In this document: positions 27,889 to 37,413 of the stretch, piece by piece | Layout of the letters: the number at the start of each line of letters is the position of its first letter | Numbering within the stretch: position 1 is the first letter of the stretch | Source: a candidate division WOR-3 bacterium | Lineage (GTDB): Bacteria > Hydrothermota > Hydrothermia > JBDRYB01 | Length of the DNA stretch: 64,000 nucleotides | Assembly (NCBI GenBank): GCA_039803205.1 | Contig: JBDRYB010000004.1 | Span: 74,371-138,370, forward strand | Direction of reading: 5' to 3' | Position numbers and translations under genes: made by a program | Notes under the pieces: generated by a model | The model's database searches: none | What the model saw: only the letters and a program-made list of their open reading frames with translations | Told to the model about the DNA's origin: nothing

Positions 27889-29529
27889 ATGGAAGGCTTT
27901 TTTGCCATACTCATCTTAAATCAGGCTCCGGAGCTTGTCCCCCCGCAGAACCTCATGGTGGGAGTGAGGTCTGATGGCTACTGGATACTCTGGGAGCCAT
28001 CCCCAACCGATTCCCTGATCACGAGATACGAGGTTTTCAGGGACGGCCAGTTCATAGGACGGGCAGGCATAGGGAAGTATGAGTTCGTAGACAAAGGCGT
28101 CTCAGGCCCCCACACATACTTTGTGAGAGCGGTAGGAGGCTCTAGATACCTGAAGGAGGTGGAAATCTGGGGAATGAGACTCCCCCTTCTCTTTTGGAAA
28201 GAGGAGGGCTACGCTGAGACGAAACCCATAACGATAGCGCCCCTACCCGGTTTCACGGCATCCTATGAGTGGCAAGGCTTTGGCTTTGGAGGATACAGGC
28301 TTGAGTGGGGGTTCAGGCCCCAGGGATTCGTTGAGGTCCTGAGAAAAGGGGCTGTCATAGTCACCCTTCCGCCGGGAACACAGAGCTACACCGATCCTTC
28401 TGCAACCCTGGGCCAGGCGGATTACACGGTCAGAGATGTCAACTCCGGCATGGAAATTAAGCCAAACATAAGGGCGAGGTGGTTCGCTGTGCACTTCCGA
28501 GGCGTGAAGGTTTCGTGGAATCAGGTTGATCAAGGTTTTACCCTAATGAGGTCATCGGAGACCAGAGAGCAGGACATGAAGACCGTGGATCGCACCCCTC
28601 CTGAGCCAATAGCGCAGATAAAGCCCGGGGAATCCACCTTCACGGATCGCGGAGCATCGGGGGAAATAGCCGCTCTCCTGAGAAGCAGATCCCCCATGAG
28701 CACATACCGTTATTACCTCGTATCAGAGGACGGGTCTAGGGTCTTCTTCTCAGAGCCAGTAAGGCCTCAGCCCTTCAACTTCATGAAGCTCCCTGTCCTC
28801 ATATTTGACATCCTTTTCGCTTGCGTTTTCTTCGGTTTTCTCTTCGCGGCGAAGCAGGGGAAACGCATGTTCATAAGGAAGATAGCCGGACTTGAGGAGC
28901 TTGATAACGCGGTTGGACGCTCAACGGAGATGGGGAGGCCTATTGTATATGTGCCTGGCATAGGCACGATAGCTGACATAGAGACAATAGCCTCCTTGAC
29001 CATACTCAAGCATGTGGCGAAGAAGGCCGCAGAGTATGAGACTGTGGTCATAATGCCTAACTTTGACCCAATGGTCACAGCCGCGGCCAAAGAGGTGATA
29101 AAGGAGGCATACACCGAGGCGGGAAGGCCAGACCTTTACAACGAGGATAATGTTTTCTATGTCGCTAGCCAGCAGTTCGCGTTCGCTGGCGCGGTGAGCG
29201 GGCTTATCGTTAGGGAGAAGCCAGGCGCTACTTTTCTGATAGGTTATTATGCCGCGGAATCCCTTGTTATCGCTGAGGCAGGCTATTCGGTTGGAGCAAT
29301 ACAGGTTGCAGGAACAGCGTCTGTCCTCCAGACCCCGTTCTTCCTCGCCGCTTGCGACTATGTCCTTATTGGAGAGGAGGAATACGCGGCCTCAGCATAC
29401 CTATCGCACAACGCCCTACAGATGGCAACCCTAAAGGCAGAGGATGTCTTCAAGGCTACCTTCGTGAGCTTTATAGTTCTTTTCAGCTTGCTGGTGAGCC
29501 TTGGCGTTTCCTTTATTTTCTTGAGTTAA
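27889..29529 (+). CDS. Second DUF6754-like membrane protein with a longer FN3/Ig-like ectodomain
   Basis: C-terminal ~230 aa clearly paralogous to the preceding gene (IRKIAGLEELDNAVGRSTEMGRP...PFFLAACDYVLIGEEEYAASAYLS); GGAGG SD. Confidence 0.75.
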   Translation: MEGFFAILILNQAPELVPPQNLMVGVRSDGYWILWEPSPTDSLITRYEVFRDGQFIGRAGIGKYEFVDKGVSGPHTYFVRAVGGSRYLKEVEIWGMRLPLLFWKEEGYAETKPITIAPLPGFTASYEWQGFGFGGYRLEWGFRPQGFVEVLRKGAVIVTLPPGTQSYTDPSATLGQADYTVRDVNSGMEIKPNIRARWFAVHFRGVKVSWNQVDQGFTLMRSSETREQDMKTVDRTPPEPIAQIKPGESTFTDRGASGEIAALLRSRSPMSTYRYYLVSEDGSRVFFSEPVRPQPFNFMKLPVLIFDILFACVFFGFLFAAKQGKRMFIRKIAGLEELDNAVGRSTEMGRPIVYVPGIGTIADIETIASLTILKHVAKKAAEYETVVIMPNFDPMVTAAAKEVIKEAYTEAGRPDLYNEDNVFYVASQQFAFAGAVSGLIVREKPGATFLIGYYAAESLVIAEAGYSVGAIQVAGTASVLQTPFFLAACDYVLIGEEEYAASAYLSHNALQMATLKAEDVFKATFVSFIVLFSLLVSLGVSFIFLS

Positions 29530-29541
29530 GGAGAGAGAAAT

Positions 29542-30354
29542 ATGTTTAGAGCACCGGTTTGGCTCGTTTTCATAGCGGGGCTTTTCATGGCTTCGGCCTT
29601 TTTCATCCCCGTAGACCCGTTCCCCATGATGCAGACCTGGGCCCTTAAGTGGGATGTCATAGTTAGCGCGTTCGCTCTGGTTGTCGGTATAGACTCCCTG
29701 GTCATGCATCACATCCGCAGGGTCCAGCGCAGGCAGAATGTCCTTTACTCAGGCACCCTGCTGGTTGGTTTCTGGGTCACTATAGCCTGGGGAGCCTTCG
29801 CCTGGTGGAGATACGGAGGGCCTTTTGCTACCCAGTCAACATTCCTCTGGCTCTTCCGCTACATCGTCGTTCCAATGGATGCCACGATGTTCTCCCTGCT
29901 CGCGTTCTTCATAGCATCAGCCGCATACAGGGCTTTCAGGGCGCGGAACTTCTCGTCCTCACTTCTCCTTCTGTCAGCCGGGATCGTAATGCTCGGCCGG
30001 GTTCCTTTTGGCGATTGGGCCGCGGCTCCTATTTTCACCGCCTTCGCGCTCCTCCTGGCCTTCTATTTCCTCAGGGTCTTCAGGCAATACGAGGGCTGGG
30101 GAAGGGGCATCAGGCTCGTGGTTGGAATAGCATTTCTCGCGGTTGGCATCGTTCTCCTATGGCCTGTTTGGCTGAATGGGCAGATATTCCCCGCTTTCCG
30201 GTTCGTGGTTCACCACATACAGGGCCTCGCGGGCTGGATAATGGAGGTCCCGCAGATGGCCGCGCGAAGGGGGATTGACCTCGGAATATCTCTCGGTTCC
30301 CTCGCTTTCGCGCTCAGGGTTCTCGTCGGAATAGAAAGGGGGTATATGAGATGA
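29542..30354 (+). CDS. Uncharacterised polytopic membrane protein
   Basis: About 7-8 hydrophobic segments; PMDATMFSLLAFFIASAAYRAFRARN, MLGRVP, AARRGI.LG, RVLVGIERGY. Confidence 0.75.
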   Translation: MFRAPVWLVFIAGLFMASAFFIPVDPFPMMQTWALKWDVIVSAFALVVGIDSLVMHHIRRVQRRQNVLYSGTLLVGFWVTIAWGAFAWWRYGGPFATQSTFLWLFRYIVVPMDATMFSLLAFFIASAAYRAFRARNFSSSLLLLSAGIVMLGRVPFGDWAAAPIFTAFALLLAFYFLRVFRQYEGWGRGIRLVVGIAFLAVGIVLLWPVWLNGQIFPAFRFVVHHIQGLAGWIMEVPQMAARRGIDLGISLGSLAFALRVLVGIERGYMR

Positions 30355-31232
30355 GATTCCTGTACATTTTGACCACCATAGACAGGCGAATAATCTATGC
30401 CCTGGTGTTTCTGGCAACCGCACTCCCATTCCTCTTCAAGAAATCCCCAGATGTCCAGATAACACCTGAGGTTGAAAGGGTTTACCGGTTCATAGACAGG
30501 CTTCCGGCTGGCTCAAGAATAGTTATCTCCGCTGACTACGGGCCTTCATCCATGCCGGAGATACAGCCCATGCTCTACGCGATATGCAAACACGCTTTCA
30601 CGAAAGGGCACAAGGTATATCTTCTTACCCACTGGACCTATCAGGGCCTCATTGCTGGTCAGGACGGAATAATGAGCGCTGTGAGGGACTTCAACAGGGA
30701 GATAAAGGAAGGCAAGCATCCGGAGAGAACCGACACCCTCATAGAAGGGGTTGACTATGTTTCTTGGGGATTCAGGCCTGGCGGGATGGCCGTGATGCTT
30801 CTCATGAACTCTGACATAAGGATGGCCTTCTCCCGTGATGTGAGGGGCATACTCCTTGATAGCCTTCCGGCAATGCAGGGCTTCAGGAACCTCAGAGACC
30901 TCGGCACGGTTGAGAATCCAAAGGGCATATTGATAGGGCTTGAAGCTGGTTTCACCGGCGATGTCTGGGTTGTATACGGCCAAGCTCAGGGGCGCTGGCC
31001 CATGGCCCTCGGTTCAACCGCTGTCGTCACCCCATCATACTACACCTACCTTGAGGCTGGCCAGATAATCGGGATCCTCGGAGGTCTGAAGGGGGCCGCG
31101 GAATACGAGCAGTTGGCCGGATTCAAGGGCCAGGCCTCCATAGGAATGCTCTCCCAGAGCATAGTCCACATCCTCGTGGTTGTCCTCATCTTCCTGGGCA
31201 ACCTGGGGTTTTTCCTGGCAAGGAGGAAGTGA
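30351..31232 (+). CDS. Uncharacterised membrane-anchored protein (TM - soluble domain - TM)
   Basis: IDRRIIY, DYGPSSMPE, GVDYVSWGFRPG, GQIIGILGGLKGAAEYE, C-terminal TM. Confidence 0.75.
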   Translation: MRFLYILTTIDRRIIYALVFLATALPFLFKKSPDVQITPEVERVYRFIDRLPAGSRIVISADYGPSSMPEIQPMLYAICKHAFTKGHKVYLLTHWTYQGLIAGQDGIMSAVRDFNREIKEGKHPERTDTLIEGVDYVSWGFRPGGMAVMLLMNSDIRMAFSRDVRGILLDSLPAMQGFRNLRDLGTVENPKGILIGLEAGFTGDVWVVYGQAQGRWPMALGSTAVVTPSYYTYLEAGQIIGILGGLKGAAEYEQLAGFKGQASIGMLSQSIVHILVVVLIFLGNLGFFLARRK

Positions 31233-31233
31233 G

Positions 31234-31890
31234 ATGAACATATGGGAACTAATAGGGATATGGTTGGCCGCGATTTTAACCTTCGCGGTTTTCTCTTTCC
31301 TATACCGGGATAACCCTGTCTACAAATGGGCAGAACATCTCTTCGTCGGGGTCTCGGCCGCTATAGGCGTTTATGCTACTCTGGATCAAGCAGTTGTGCC
31401 TGCTGTTCGGGAGGCCCTCGCATTCCCTGGGGTCTTCAAGCTCGTAACCTGGCTAGCTGTTGTGCTTGGCGCGTTGATCCTCTTCAAGCTCGAGATATTC
31501 GCCACATACCTCCCTAACCTGACCTTCCTCTCCAGGTATCCCATAGCGTTTGTTACTGGAATGGGGGTCGGCCTAACCCTCGTGAATGTGGTGAACGGGT
31601 ATCTGTTCCCGCAGACGCAAGCGACATTCCTTCCCTTGTTTAACATCCAGGGCGCCAACTGGTTAACCATTCTGAACAACTGGATCATCGTCCTGGGCGT
31701 CGTGTTCGCGCTGATGTATTTCTTCTTTTCCGCGCAATACAAGGGAAGGCTGGGAATGGTTCTCAGGGTGGGCATAACCTTCCTAATGGTTGCCTTCGGC
31801 GCTATGTTCGGATACACGGTCATGGCAAGGCTATCCCTGCTCATAGGCCGGATATACTTCCTGCTTCACGACTGGCTACACCTAATATAG
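31234..31890 (+). CDS. Uncharacterised polytopic membrane protein
   Basis: FSFLYRDNPVYKWAEHLFVG, YFFFS, MVAFGAMFGYTVMARLSLLIGR; about 6 TM; start ATG 31234 after AGGAGG. Confidence 0.75.
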   Translation: MNIWELIGIWLAAILTFAVFSFLYRDNPVYKWAEHLFVGVSAAIGVYATLDQAVVPAVREALAFPGVFKLVTWLAVVLGALILFKLEIFATYLPNLTFLSRYPIAFVTGMGVGLTLVNVVNGYLFPQTQATFLPLFNIQGANWLTILNNWIIVLGVVFALMYFFFSAQYKGRLGMVLRVGITFLMVAFGAMFGYTVMARLSLLIGRIYFLLHDWLHLI

Positions 31891-31903
31891 CTGGATTGCG
31901 AGA

Positions 31904-32395
31904 ATGCGGCTGAAGCTCAGGTGGAAGAACCTCGTCATCGCGGCCTCATTGTGGGCTGTGATAACCTCTCTGGACCAGCTCACCAAGTTCCTCATAACCA
32001 GAAACCTGAGGGCGTATGTGGATTATCCTGTTCTCGGCAACTTCTTCAAGCTGACCCTCGTTTATAACAAGGGGATCCTGTTCGGGATAAACCTCTTCCC
32101 GTCTGACTGGGGGCCGATCCTATATCCGATCGTGATGATCGCCATTATGATACTTGTCCTCGTCTCGCTTGGTCTTGAGGGGAGATGGCCAAACACCGTA
32201 GCATACGGAATGATCCTCGGAGGAGCGCTTGGCAATCTGATAGACCGGTTTAGGATAGGCAGGGTCGTTGATTTCTTGAACTTTGGGATAGGGGAGCTAC
32301 GGTGGCCATACTTCAATATCGCTGACAGCGCGATAGTCTGCGGGATGATAACTCTTATTGTCTTCTCGTTCTTCAGGAAAAAGGGTGCGGAATAG
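31904..32395 (+). CDS. lspA: Signal peptidase II
   Basis: DQLTK, NKGILFG, GGALGNLIDR, VVDF, FNIADSAI. Confidence 0.95.
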   Translation: MRLKLRWKNLVIAASLWAVITSLDQLTKFLITRNLRAYVDYPVLGNFFKLTLVYNKGILFGINLFPSDWGPILYPIVMIAIMILVLVSLGLEGRWPNTVAYGMILGGALGNLIDRFRIGRVVDFLNFGIGELRWPYFNIADSAIVCGMITLIVFSFFRKKGAE

Positions 32396-32404
32396 GTTGG
32401 TCGT

Positions 32405-32456
32405 GCCCCAGGCGCAGGGGCCTGGGGCTAACCGGCGCAGGGGCCTGGGGCTAACC
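32405..32456. repeat. GC hairpin with a 23-bp tandem duplication between convergent lspA and rho
   Basis: GGCGCAGGGGCCTGGGGCTAACC x2 (32411-32433, 32434-32456); stem GCCCCAGGC/GCCTGGGGC at 32405-32428. Confidence 0.8.
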
Positions 32457-32466
32457 GGGAAACCCG

Positions 32467-33735
32467 TTAGAACTTTCCCTCCGTGAGCATCTTGAGGAAA
32501 TCAGCGTTTGTCTTTGTTAGCCTCATCTTTTCCTGAAGGTACTCCATCGCGTCCGAGGGCTCGAGGTCCGATATGACCTTGCGCATGAGCCAAACCTTCT
32601 GAAGGGTGTCGGCTGGGAGGAGCAGTTCCTCTCGCCTCGTGTAGGATTTTATGAGGTCAATGGCGGGATATATCCGCTTGTCAGCCATGTGCCTGTCAAG
32701 GTCCATCTCCATGTTTCCGGTCCCCTTGAATTCCTCAAATATGACATCGTCCATCCTACTGCCGGTCTCTATCAGAGCGGTCGCTATGATGGTCAATGAG
32801 CCGCCCGACTCTATGTTCCTGGCTGAACCGAAGAACTTTTTGGGCTTGACGAGGGCTGTGGCATCAAGGCCGCCGGAGAGGGTCCTTCCTGAGTGAGGCG
32901 CGACGGCATTGTGAGCCCTGGACATCCTGGTTATGGAGTCAAGGAGTATTGCTACATCCTTGCCCATCTCAACGAGGCGCTTTGCCCTCTCGAGGGTTAT
33001 GTCTGAGACATAGACATGGCGGTCTGGGGGCATGTCAAATGTTGAGGAGACTATCTCAGCATCAACCAAGCGCTCCATCTCCGTGACCTCCTCTGGCCTC
33101 TCGTCTATGAGTAGGATGATGAGGTGAACATCGGGATAATTTGCTCTTATGGACTGGGCTATCTTCTGGAGGAGGACGGTCTTGCCCGCTCTTGGCGGGG
33201 AAACTATCAAGCCTCTCTGGCCCTTGCCAATGGGGACAAAGAGGTCAAGTATCCTCATGGAGAGGTCAGTGTCCCCGGAATCCGGCCTCTCCAGGATCAT
33301 CCTTTCAGTGGGATAGTAAGGGACCAGCTTCTCAAACTCGGGCCTCTGGGTAGGAAATTCCTCCGGGGAGAAGCCGTGAACGCTCTCAAGCCTTATCAGG
33401 GAAGGGAATCGTTCCTTCTCCTTGGGTGGCCTCGCGTATCCCACTATATAGTCTCCGCGCCTCAGTCCCAGCCTCTTGATTATGTTGGGTGAGACATAGA
33501 CATCTGAGGGGCTCGGAGCATAACCGTGTTCCAAGAACCTTAGGAAGCCGTAGCCGTCCTTGTGTATATCAAGAACCCCCTCTTTGCGGAAGAGCCCTTC
33601 CCTCTCAGCGGTTTGGTTTGTTATGTGCTGTATGAGCTCGGCCTTCTTTAACGAGGAGTAATTGGGTATCCCAAGCTCCTTTGCTATCTCGTATAGCTCG
33701 GCGAGCTTCTTTGTCTTAAGCTCCTCTATGTTCAT
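32467..33735 (-). CDS. rho: Transcription termination factor Rho
   Basis: DGYGFLR, PIGKGQRGLIVSPPRAGKT, LIDERPEEVT, EEFKGTGNME. Confidence 0.98.
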   Translation of the reverse strand: MNIEELKTKKLAELYEIAKELGIPNYSSLKKAELIQHITNQTAEREGLFRKEGVLDIHKDGYGFLRFLEHGYAPSPSDVYVSPNIIKRLGLRRGDYIVGYARPPKEKERFPSLIRLESVHGFSPEEFPTQRPEFEKLVPYYPTERMILERPDSGDTDLSMRILDLFVPIGKGQRGLIVSPPRAGKTVLLQKIAQSIRANYPDVHLIILLIDERPEEVTEMERLVDAEIVSSTFDMPPDRHVYVSDITLERAKRLVEMGKDVAILLDSITRMSRAHNAVAPHSGRTLSGGLDATALVKPKKFFGSARNIESGGSLTIIATALIETGSRMDDVIFEEFKGTGNMEMDLDRHMADKRIYPAIDLIKSYTRREELLLPADTLQKVWLMRKVISDLEPSDAMEYLQEKMRLTKTNADFLKMLTEGKF

Positions 33736-33780
33736 ATTTACCTCCCGTAAAAGGTGCCCTGAAAAAAGCGACCAGGGGGT

Positions 33781-34437
33781 TCATAGCATCCTCATCCCGT
33801 TTATCCATACCTGGAAGGAAGCCGAGAGCGCCCTCGCGGCCCTTTCGGCTATGTGTATCCTCGGCGTGAAGATCTCAAAGTATTCCATGACGGGGCTTAT
33901 CTCGGTATCTATCTCTATCCTGTAAGATATAACTCTAGCGGCAGGGTCCACTTCTATAGTGCTGTCAGTTGCCGCGAAATTGACCCTGTCGTGTATATCG
34001 TGTTCTATATCATACGCGACCACCCTCGATCTGTGGACATCAGCCTTATCGGCGAGGATGACGGCCGCTGTTATTGCTGTCACGGGTTCCCCGGTCTCCT
34101 CGTGGTGGTTGCCTATGGCAGTGGCAACATCAAGGGCGTCCTGGAACGGCATTCCCATCCCGGTGAGATAAGTCAAGGCGAGGATGGCCCCGGTCTGCTC
34201 GTGCTGGTTGCGGTTTACAGCTGAGCCGATATCGTGTAGGTATCCGGCTATCTCCGCGAGCCCAACATCCCTCTCAGGATACCCCAGATTCCTCATTATC
34301 TTGCCAGCATCCTCCGATACCTTTGACATGTGCCTTTCCCCGTGCTCCGTGTATCCCAGCTTGACAAGGGCCTCCTGTGCCCTTGATATGAGCATGGTTA
34401 TCCTATGGTCCCTTTTAAGGTCTTCTACGGTTATCAT
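33781..34437 (-). CDS. HD-domain phosphohydrolase
   Basis: YTEHGERH, GYLHDIG, GNHHE, ILADKADVHRSRV. Confidence 0.88.
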   Translation of the reverse strand: MITVEDLKRDHRITMLISRAQEALVKLGYTEHGERHMSKVSEDAGKIMRNLGYPERDVGLAEIAGYLHDIGSAVNRNQHEQTGAILALTYLTGMGMPFQDALDVATAIGNHHEETGEPVTAITAAVILADKADVHRSRVVAYDIEHDIHDRVNFAATDSTIEVDPAARVISYRIEIDTEISPVMEYFEIFTPRIHIAERAARALSASFQVWINGMRML

Positions 34438-34452
34438 AAATAAGACTAGAAC

Positions 34453-35169
34453 CTATAGGGCAAAAAGCCCCTCTTCCTCTACAACGGTTCCCACAACCAC
34501 ATAGTCTGCCCCTGCCCCGAACGCGGCCTCAGCGGCCTCCTTTGTCCTTATGCCACCGCCAACCAGGAGGGGAAGGGTCGTTTCGGCCCTCGCGGCTTTT
34601 ATCATCCCAGGCGGAACCGGCTTAGGCGCACCTGAGCCCGCCTCAAGATATATCGCCTTGAAACCCAGAAGACAAGCGGCCATGATGTGCGCAACGAGTA
34701 TATCAATCTTATCCCTCGGAATGGGCTTTGTGCCGGACATAAATTCTACAGCTGTCTGAGCCCCGGATTCAACCAGTATGTAAGCCGTGGTCACAACGGA
34801 TAACCCCATTCTCTTTATGTGCGGAGCGGCCCGGACATGCTCCCCTATGAGGAACTCGGGGTTCCTACCCGATATCAGAGACAGAAGAAGGATGCCGTCA
34901 GCCTCGGGCGAAAGCTGGGTTGAGTTGCCGGGGAAAATTATGACGGGTTTCGCGAAGTTTCGCTTGAGCTCCCTTACGAACCCTGAGAAATCCTCTGAGA
35001 GCATGAGGCTCGTGCCAGCCAAAACCGCCTTTACCCTCTCGTCAGGATTGATTCTCTCCGCAAGACGCGGTATGTCCTCCCTGGGAAGACGGTCAGGGTC
35101 TAGGAGCACGAAGAATCCCTTGTCCCTATCTTCCGAAAAGAGTCTCCTTAAGGTATCTGAAAAGGGCAT
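34453..35169 (-). CDS. Geranylgeranylglyceryl phosphate synthase (GGGPS/HepGPS family, group II-like)
   Basis: LLDPD, PVIIFPG, LSLISGRNPEFLIGEHV, TAYILVESG, IYLEAGSGA, LVGGGIR, GAD.VVVG. Confidence 0.92.
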   Translation of the reverse strand: MPFSDTLRRLFSEDRDKGFFVLLDPDRLPREDIPRLAERINPDERVKAVLAGTSLMLSEDFSGFVRELKRNFAKPVIIFPGNSTQLSPEADGILLLSLISGRNPEFLIGEHVRAAPHIKRMGLSVVTTAYILVESGAQTAVEFMSGTKPIPRDKIDILVAHIMAACLLGFKAIYLEAGSGAPKPVPPGMIKAARAETTLPLLVGGGIRTKEAAEAAFGAGADYVVVGTVVEEEGLFAL

Positions 35170-36346
35170 TTTTCCCTTTTTTTAGGGCAAAGGCCGCGAG
35201 CCCGGGCGCGCCTGAGAGTATCATGCGGCCGATATATATAGAATCAACGCTTTCAAGGCTCTTTTCGTGGAAAAGGGGCTTCAGCTGGCCGAATAGGTAA
35301 TCCAGATCCCGATCCGTGAAATCAAAATATGCCTCACGGAGGCTGTATGAGAGCTCGTAGGACTTCCTGTCAGCCTCAGACCAGTATCTCTTTGGATACT
35401 CTGCCAGGTTCTTTTCCGAGAGGTCATCCTCCAGGAGCGCCCTCGCGCCCACCTGGCCGGCTATCGTTCCAGAAAGGAGGGCGGGGCCTATTCCACCCCC
35501 GGTTATCGGGTCAGCGAGCCTCGCGGCATCGCCGACGACCATCACCCTATCTCCATAGGGCCTGAGCCTGTGGCCGCCGGTCGGAACAACGGCCAGGATC
35601 CGAGAGAGCCTCTTCCCACGAGGAAAATATCTGGCCAAGAAGGTCTCAAGATAAGGCAGGGGATCAACCCTGGCCCCTCTATCAGCAACACCGACCCCAG
35701 CGTTGGCGAGCCCGTCTCTTTTCGTGAAAAGCCAGGCATAGCCGTGAAGCCCTATATCAGAACCGGAGTATAGTCCGAGCCAATCCCCCGATATATCCCC
35801 ATCGGAAAGGAGAACCTGCGCGGTGTAATGGACATCCGCATGGGAAACATCAACGGCCAACCCGAGGGCCTTTCCCACGGCGGACGCCGGGCCATCAGCG
35901 CCAATCACGAGCCTCGCCCTGACCCGTTCATCCTTCCCCAAATGAACGAAGCTGAGCTCTATGTCATCCTTCGTTCTTCGGGCACCCGTGAACCTCGCTG
36001 ACACGAGAAACTCAGCGCCAGCAGAAGCGGCCCGGACGGCCAGGTCCCTATCAAATATCCTCCTTTCCAGGATGTAGCCGACATGGCCTACATGAACATG
36101 GAAATAATCCCCTCCGGGGGAATAGACCCTCACATTCCTAACATGATTGGATATCCACCGGGGTTCGGGCTTCCATCCCAGGGCACCGAACCAGAAATCC
36201 GTTATACCCTCCGCGCAAGCTATCTCTCCAGCTACCTGGCGTTGGCGTTCCAGGACAAGAACCCTGAAGCCGCTCCTGGCGAGCTCATATGCGGCGCATG
36301 AGCCGCTAGGCCCAGCACCAACAACCACAGCGTCGTAGCGCTCCAT
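35126..36346 (-). CDS. Geranylgeranyl reductase family flavoprotein (resembles archaeal DGGGPL reductase)
   Basis: YDAVVVGAGPSGS, CAEGI, LERRIFDRDLA, IGADG, GYAWLF.K...ANAGVG, VGDAARLADPITGGGI. Confidence 0.85.
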   Translation of the reverse strand: MERYDAVVVGAGPSGSCAAYELARSGFRVLVLERQRQVAGEIACAEGITDFWFGALGWKPEPRWISNHVRNVRVYSPGGDYFHVHVGHVGYILERRIFDRDLAVRAASAGAEFLVSARFTGARRTKDDIELSFVHLGKDERVRARLVIGADGPASAVGKALGLAVDVSHADVHYTAQVLLSDGDISGDWLGLYSGSDIGLHGYAWLFTKRDGLANAGVGVADRGARVDPLPYLETFLARYFPRGKRLSRILAVVPTGGHRLRPYGDRVMVVGDAARLADPITGGGIGPALLSGTIAGQVGARALLEDDLSEKNLAEYPKRYWSEADRKSYELSYSLREAYFDFTDRDLDYLFGQLKPLFHEKSLESVDSIYIGRMILSGAPGLAAFALKKGKNALFRYLKETLFGR

Positions 36347-36354
36347 GAGGATTA

Positions 36355-37413
36355 TCAGGGGGAGAGTCCGGCTTTCTCCAGGATCTTAGCCCTTATTTCC
36401 CCAGCGATATCAGGGTGCTCCCTGAGGAAATCCGCGGAGCGCTCCCTTCCCTGACCAAGCTGGGTATCCCCATATGTATACCACGAACCAGCCCTCTTTA
36501 CTATGCCCTTATCAAGAGCAAGGTCAACCAGCTCAGCGAACTGATCTATGCCCTTCCCGTAGATGAGGTCAACCTGAGCGCTCTTGAATGGGGGCGCGAC
36601 CTTGTTCTTCTGAACCTTGATCTTTAGGGTGTGGCCTATTGCCTCCTCGCCCTCCTTGATCTGGGCGGCCCTGCGAACCTCTATCCTCACTGAGGCGTAA
36701 AACTTGAGCGCGTTGCCTCCGGTGGTTACCTCCGGGTTCGCATACGGGCCAACGCCTATTTTGTATCTTATCTGGTTTATGAATATTACCACCGATCCGC
36801 TCTTGCTCACGGCCCCGGCGAGCTTCCTGAGGGCCTTTGACATCAAGCGGGCCTGCGCTCCAACGGTCGTATCCTCCATGGCGCCCTCCAGCTCAGCTCT
36901 TGGAACCAGCGCCGCGACGGAATCAACAACAAAGATGTCGATTCCGCCGGAGCGGATCATGGTCTCAAGTATGTCCAAAGCCTGCTCCCCATCATCCGGT
37001 TGTGAGACCCACAGGTTGTCAACATCAATTCCGAGAGCCTTCGCGTATCCGACATCCAAAGCGTGCTCCGCGTCTATGAACATGGCGGTCCCCCCCTGCT
37101 TCTGAGCCTCGGCTATTGCCAGGAGAGCGACGGTCGTCTTACCGCTCATCTCAGGGCCGTATATCTCAACTATCCTTCCTCTGGGATACCCGCCAACCCC
37201 AAGGGCTATGTCAAGCGCGAGGGAACCCGAAGGTATGACAGGAACCTTCTCAACTGGTTTCCCGCCTATTATCTGCACCGCGCCCTTTCCGTAGTTCTTT
37301 TCTATGATCCTGAGAGCGGCTTCGAGCGCCTTGGCTTTTTCTGAGGGAGGTTCAGTCTGCTTTGGCTTCCCGGAAGCCTTTGTCCCCTCATCCTCGTGTT
37401 TTTCTTGTGTCAT
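36355..37413 (-). CDS. recA: Recombinase RecA
   Basis: [51 protein letters not shown]. Confidence 0.98.
   Translation of the reverse strand: MTQEKHEDEGTKASGKPKQTEPPSEKAKALEAALRIIEKNYGKGAVQIIGGKPVEKVPVIPSGSLALDIALGVGGYPRGRIVEIYGPEMSGKTTVALLAIAEAQKQGGTAMFIDAEHALDVGYAKALGIDVDNLWVSQPDDGEQALDILETMIRSGGIDIFVVDSVAALVPRAELEGAMEDTTVGAQARLMSKALRKLAGAVSKSGSVVIFINQIRYKIGVGPYANPEVTTGGNALKFYASVRIEVRRAAQIKEGEEAIGHTLKIKVQKNKVAPPFKSAQVDLIYGKGIDQFAELVDLALDKGIVKRAGSWYTYGDTQLGQGRERSADFLREHPDIAGEIRAKILEKAGLSP

Noticed and set aside
32411..32456. Direct repeats as a mini-CRISPR
   Set aside because: Two abutting copies with no spacer and no cas genes.
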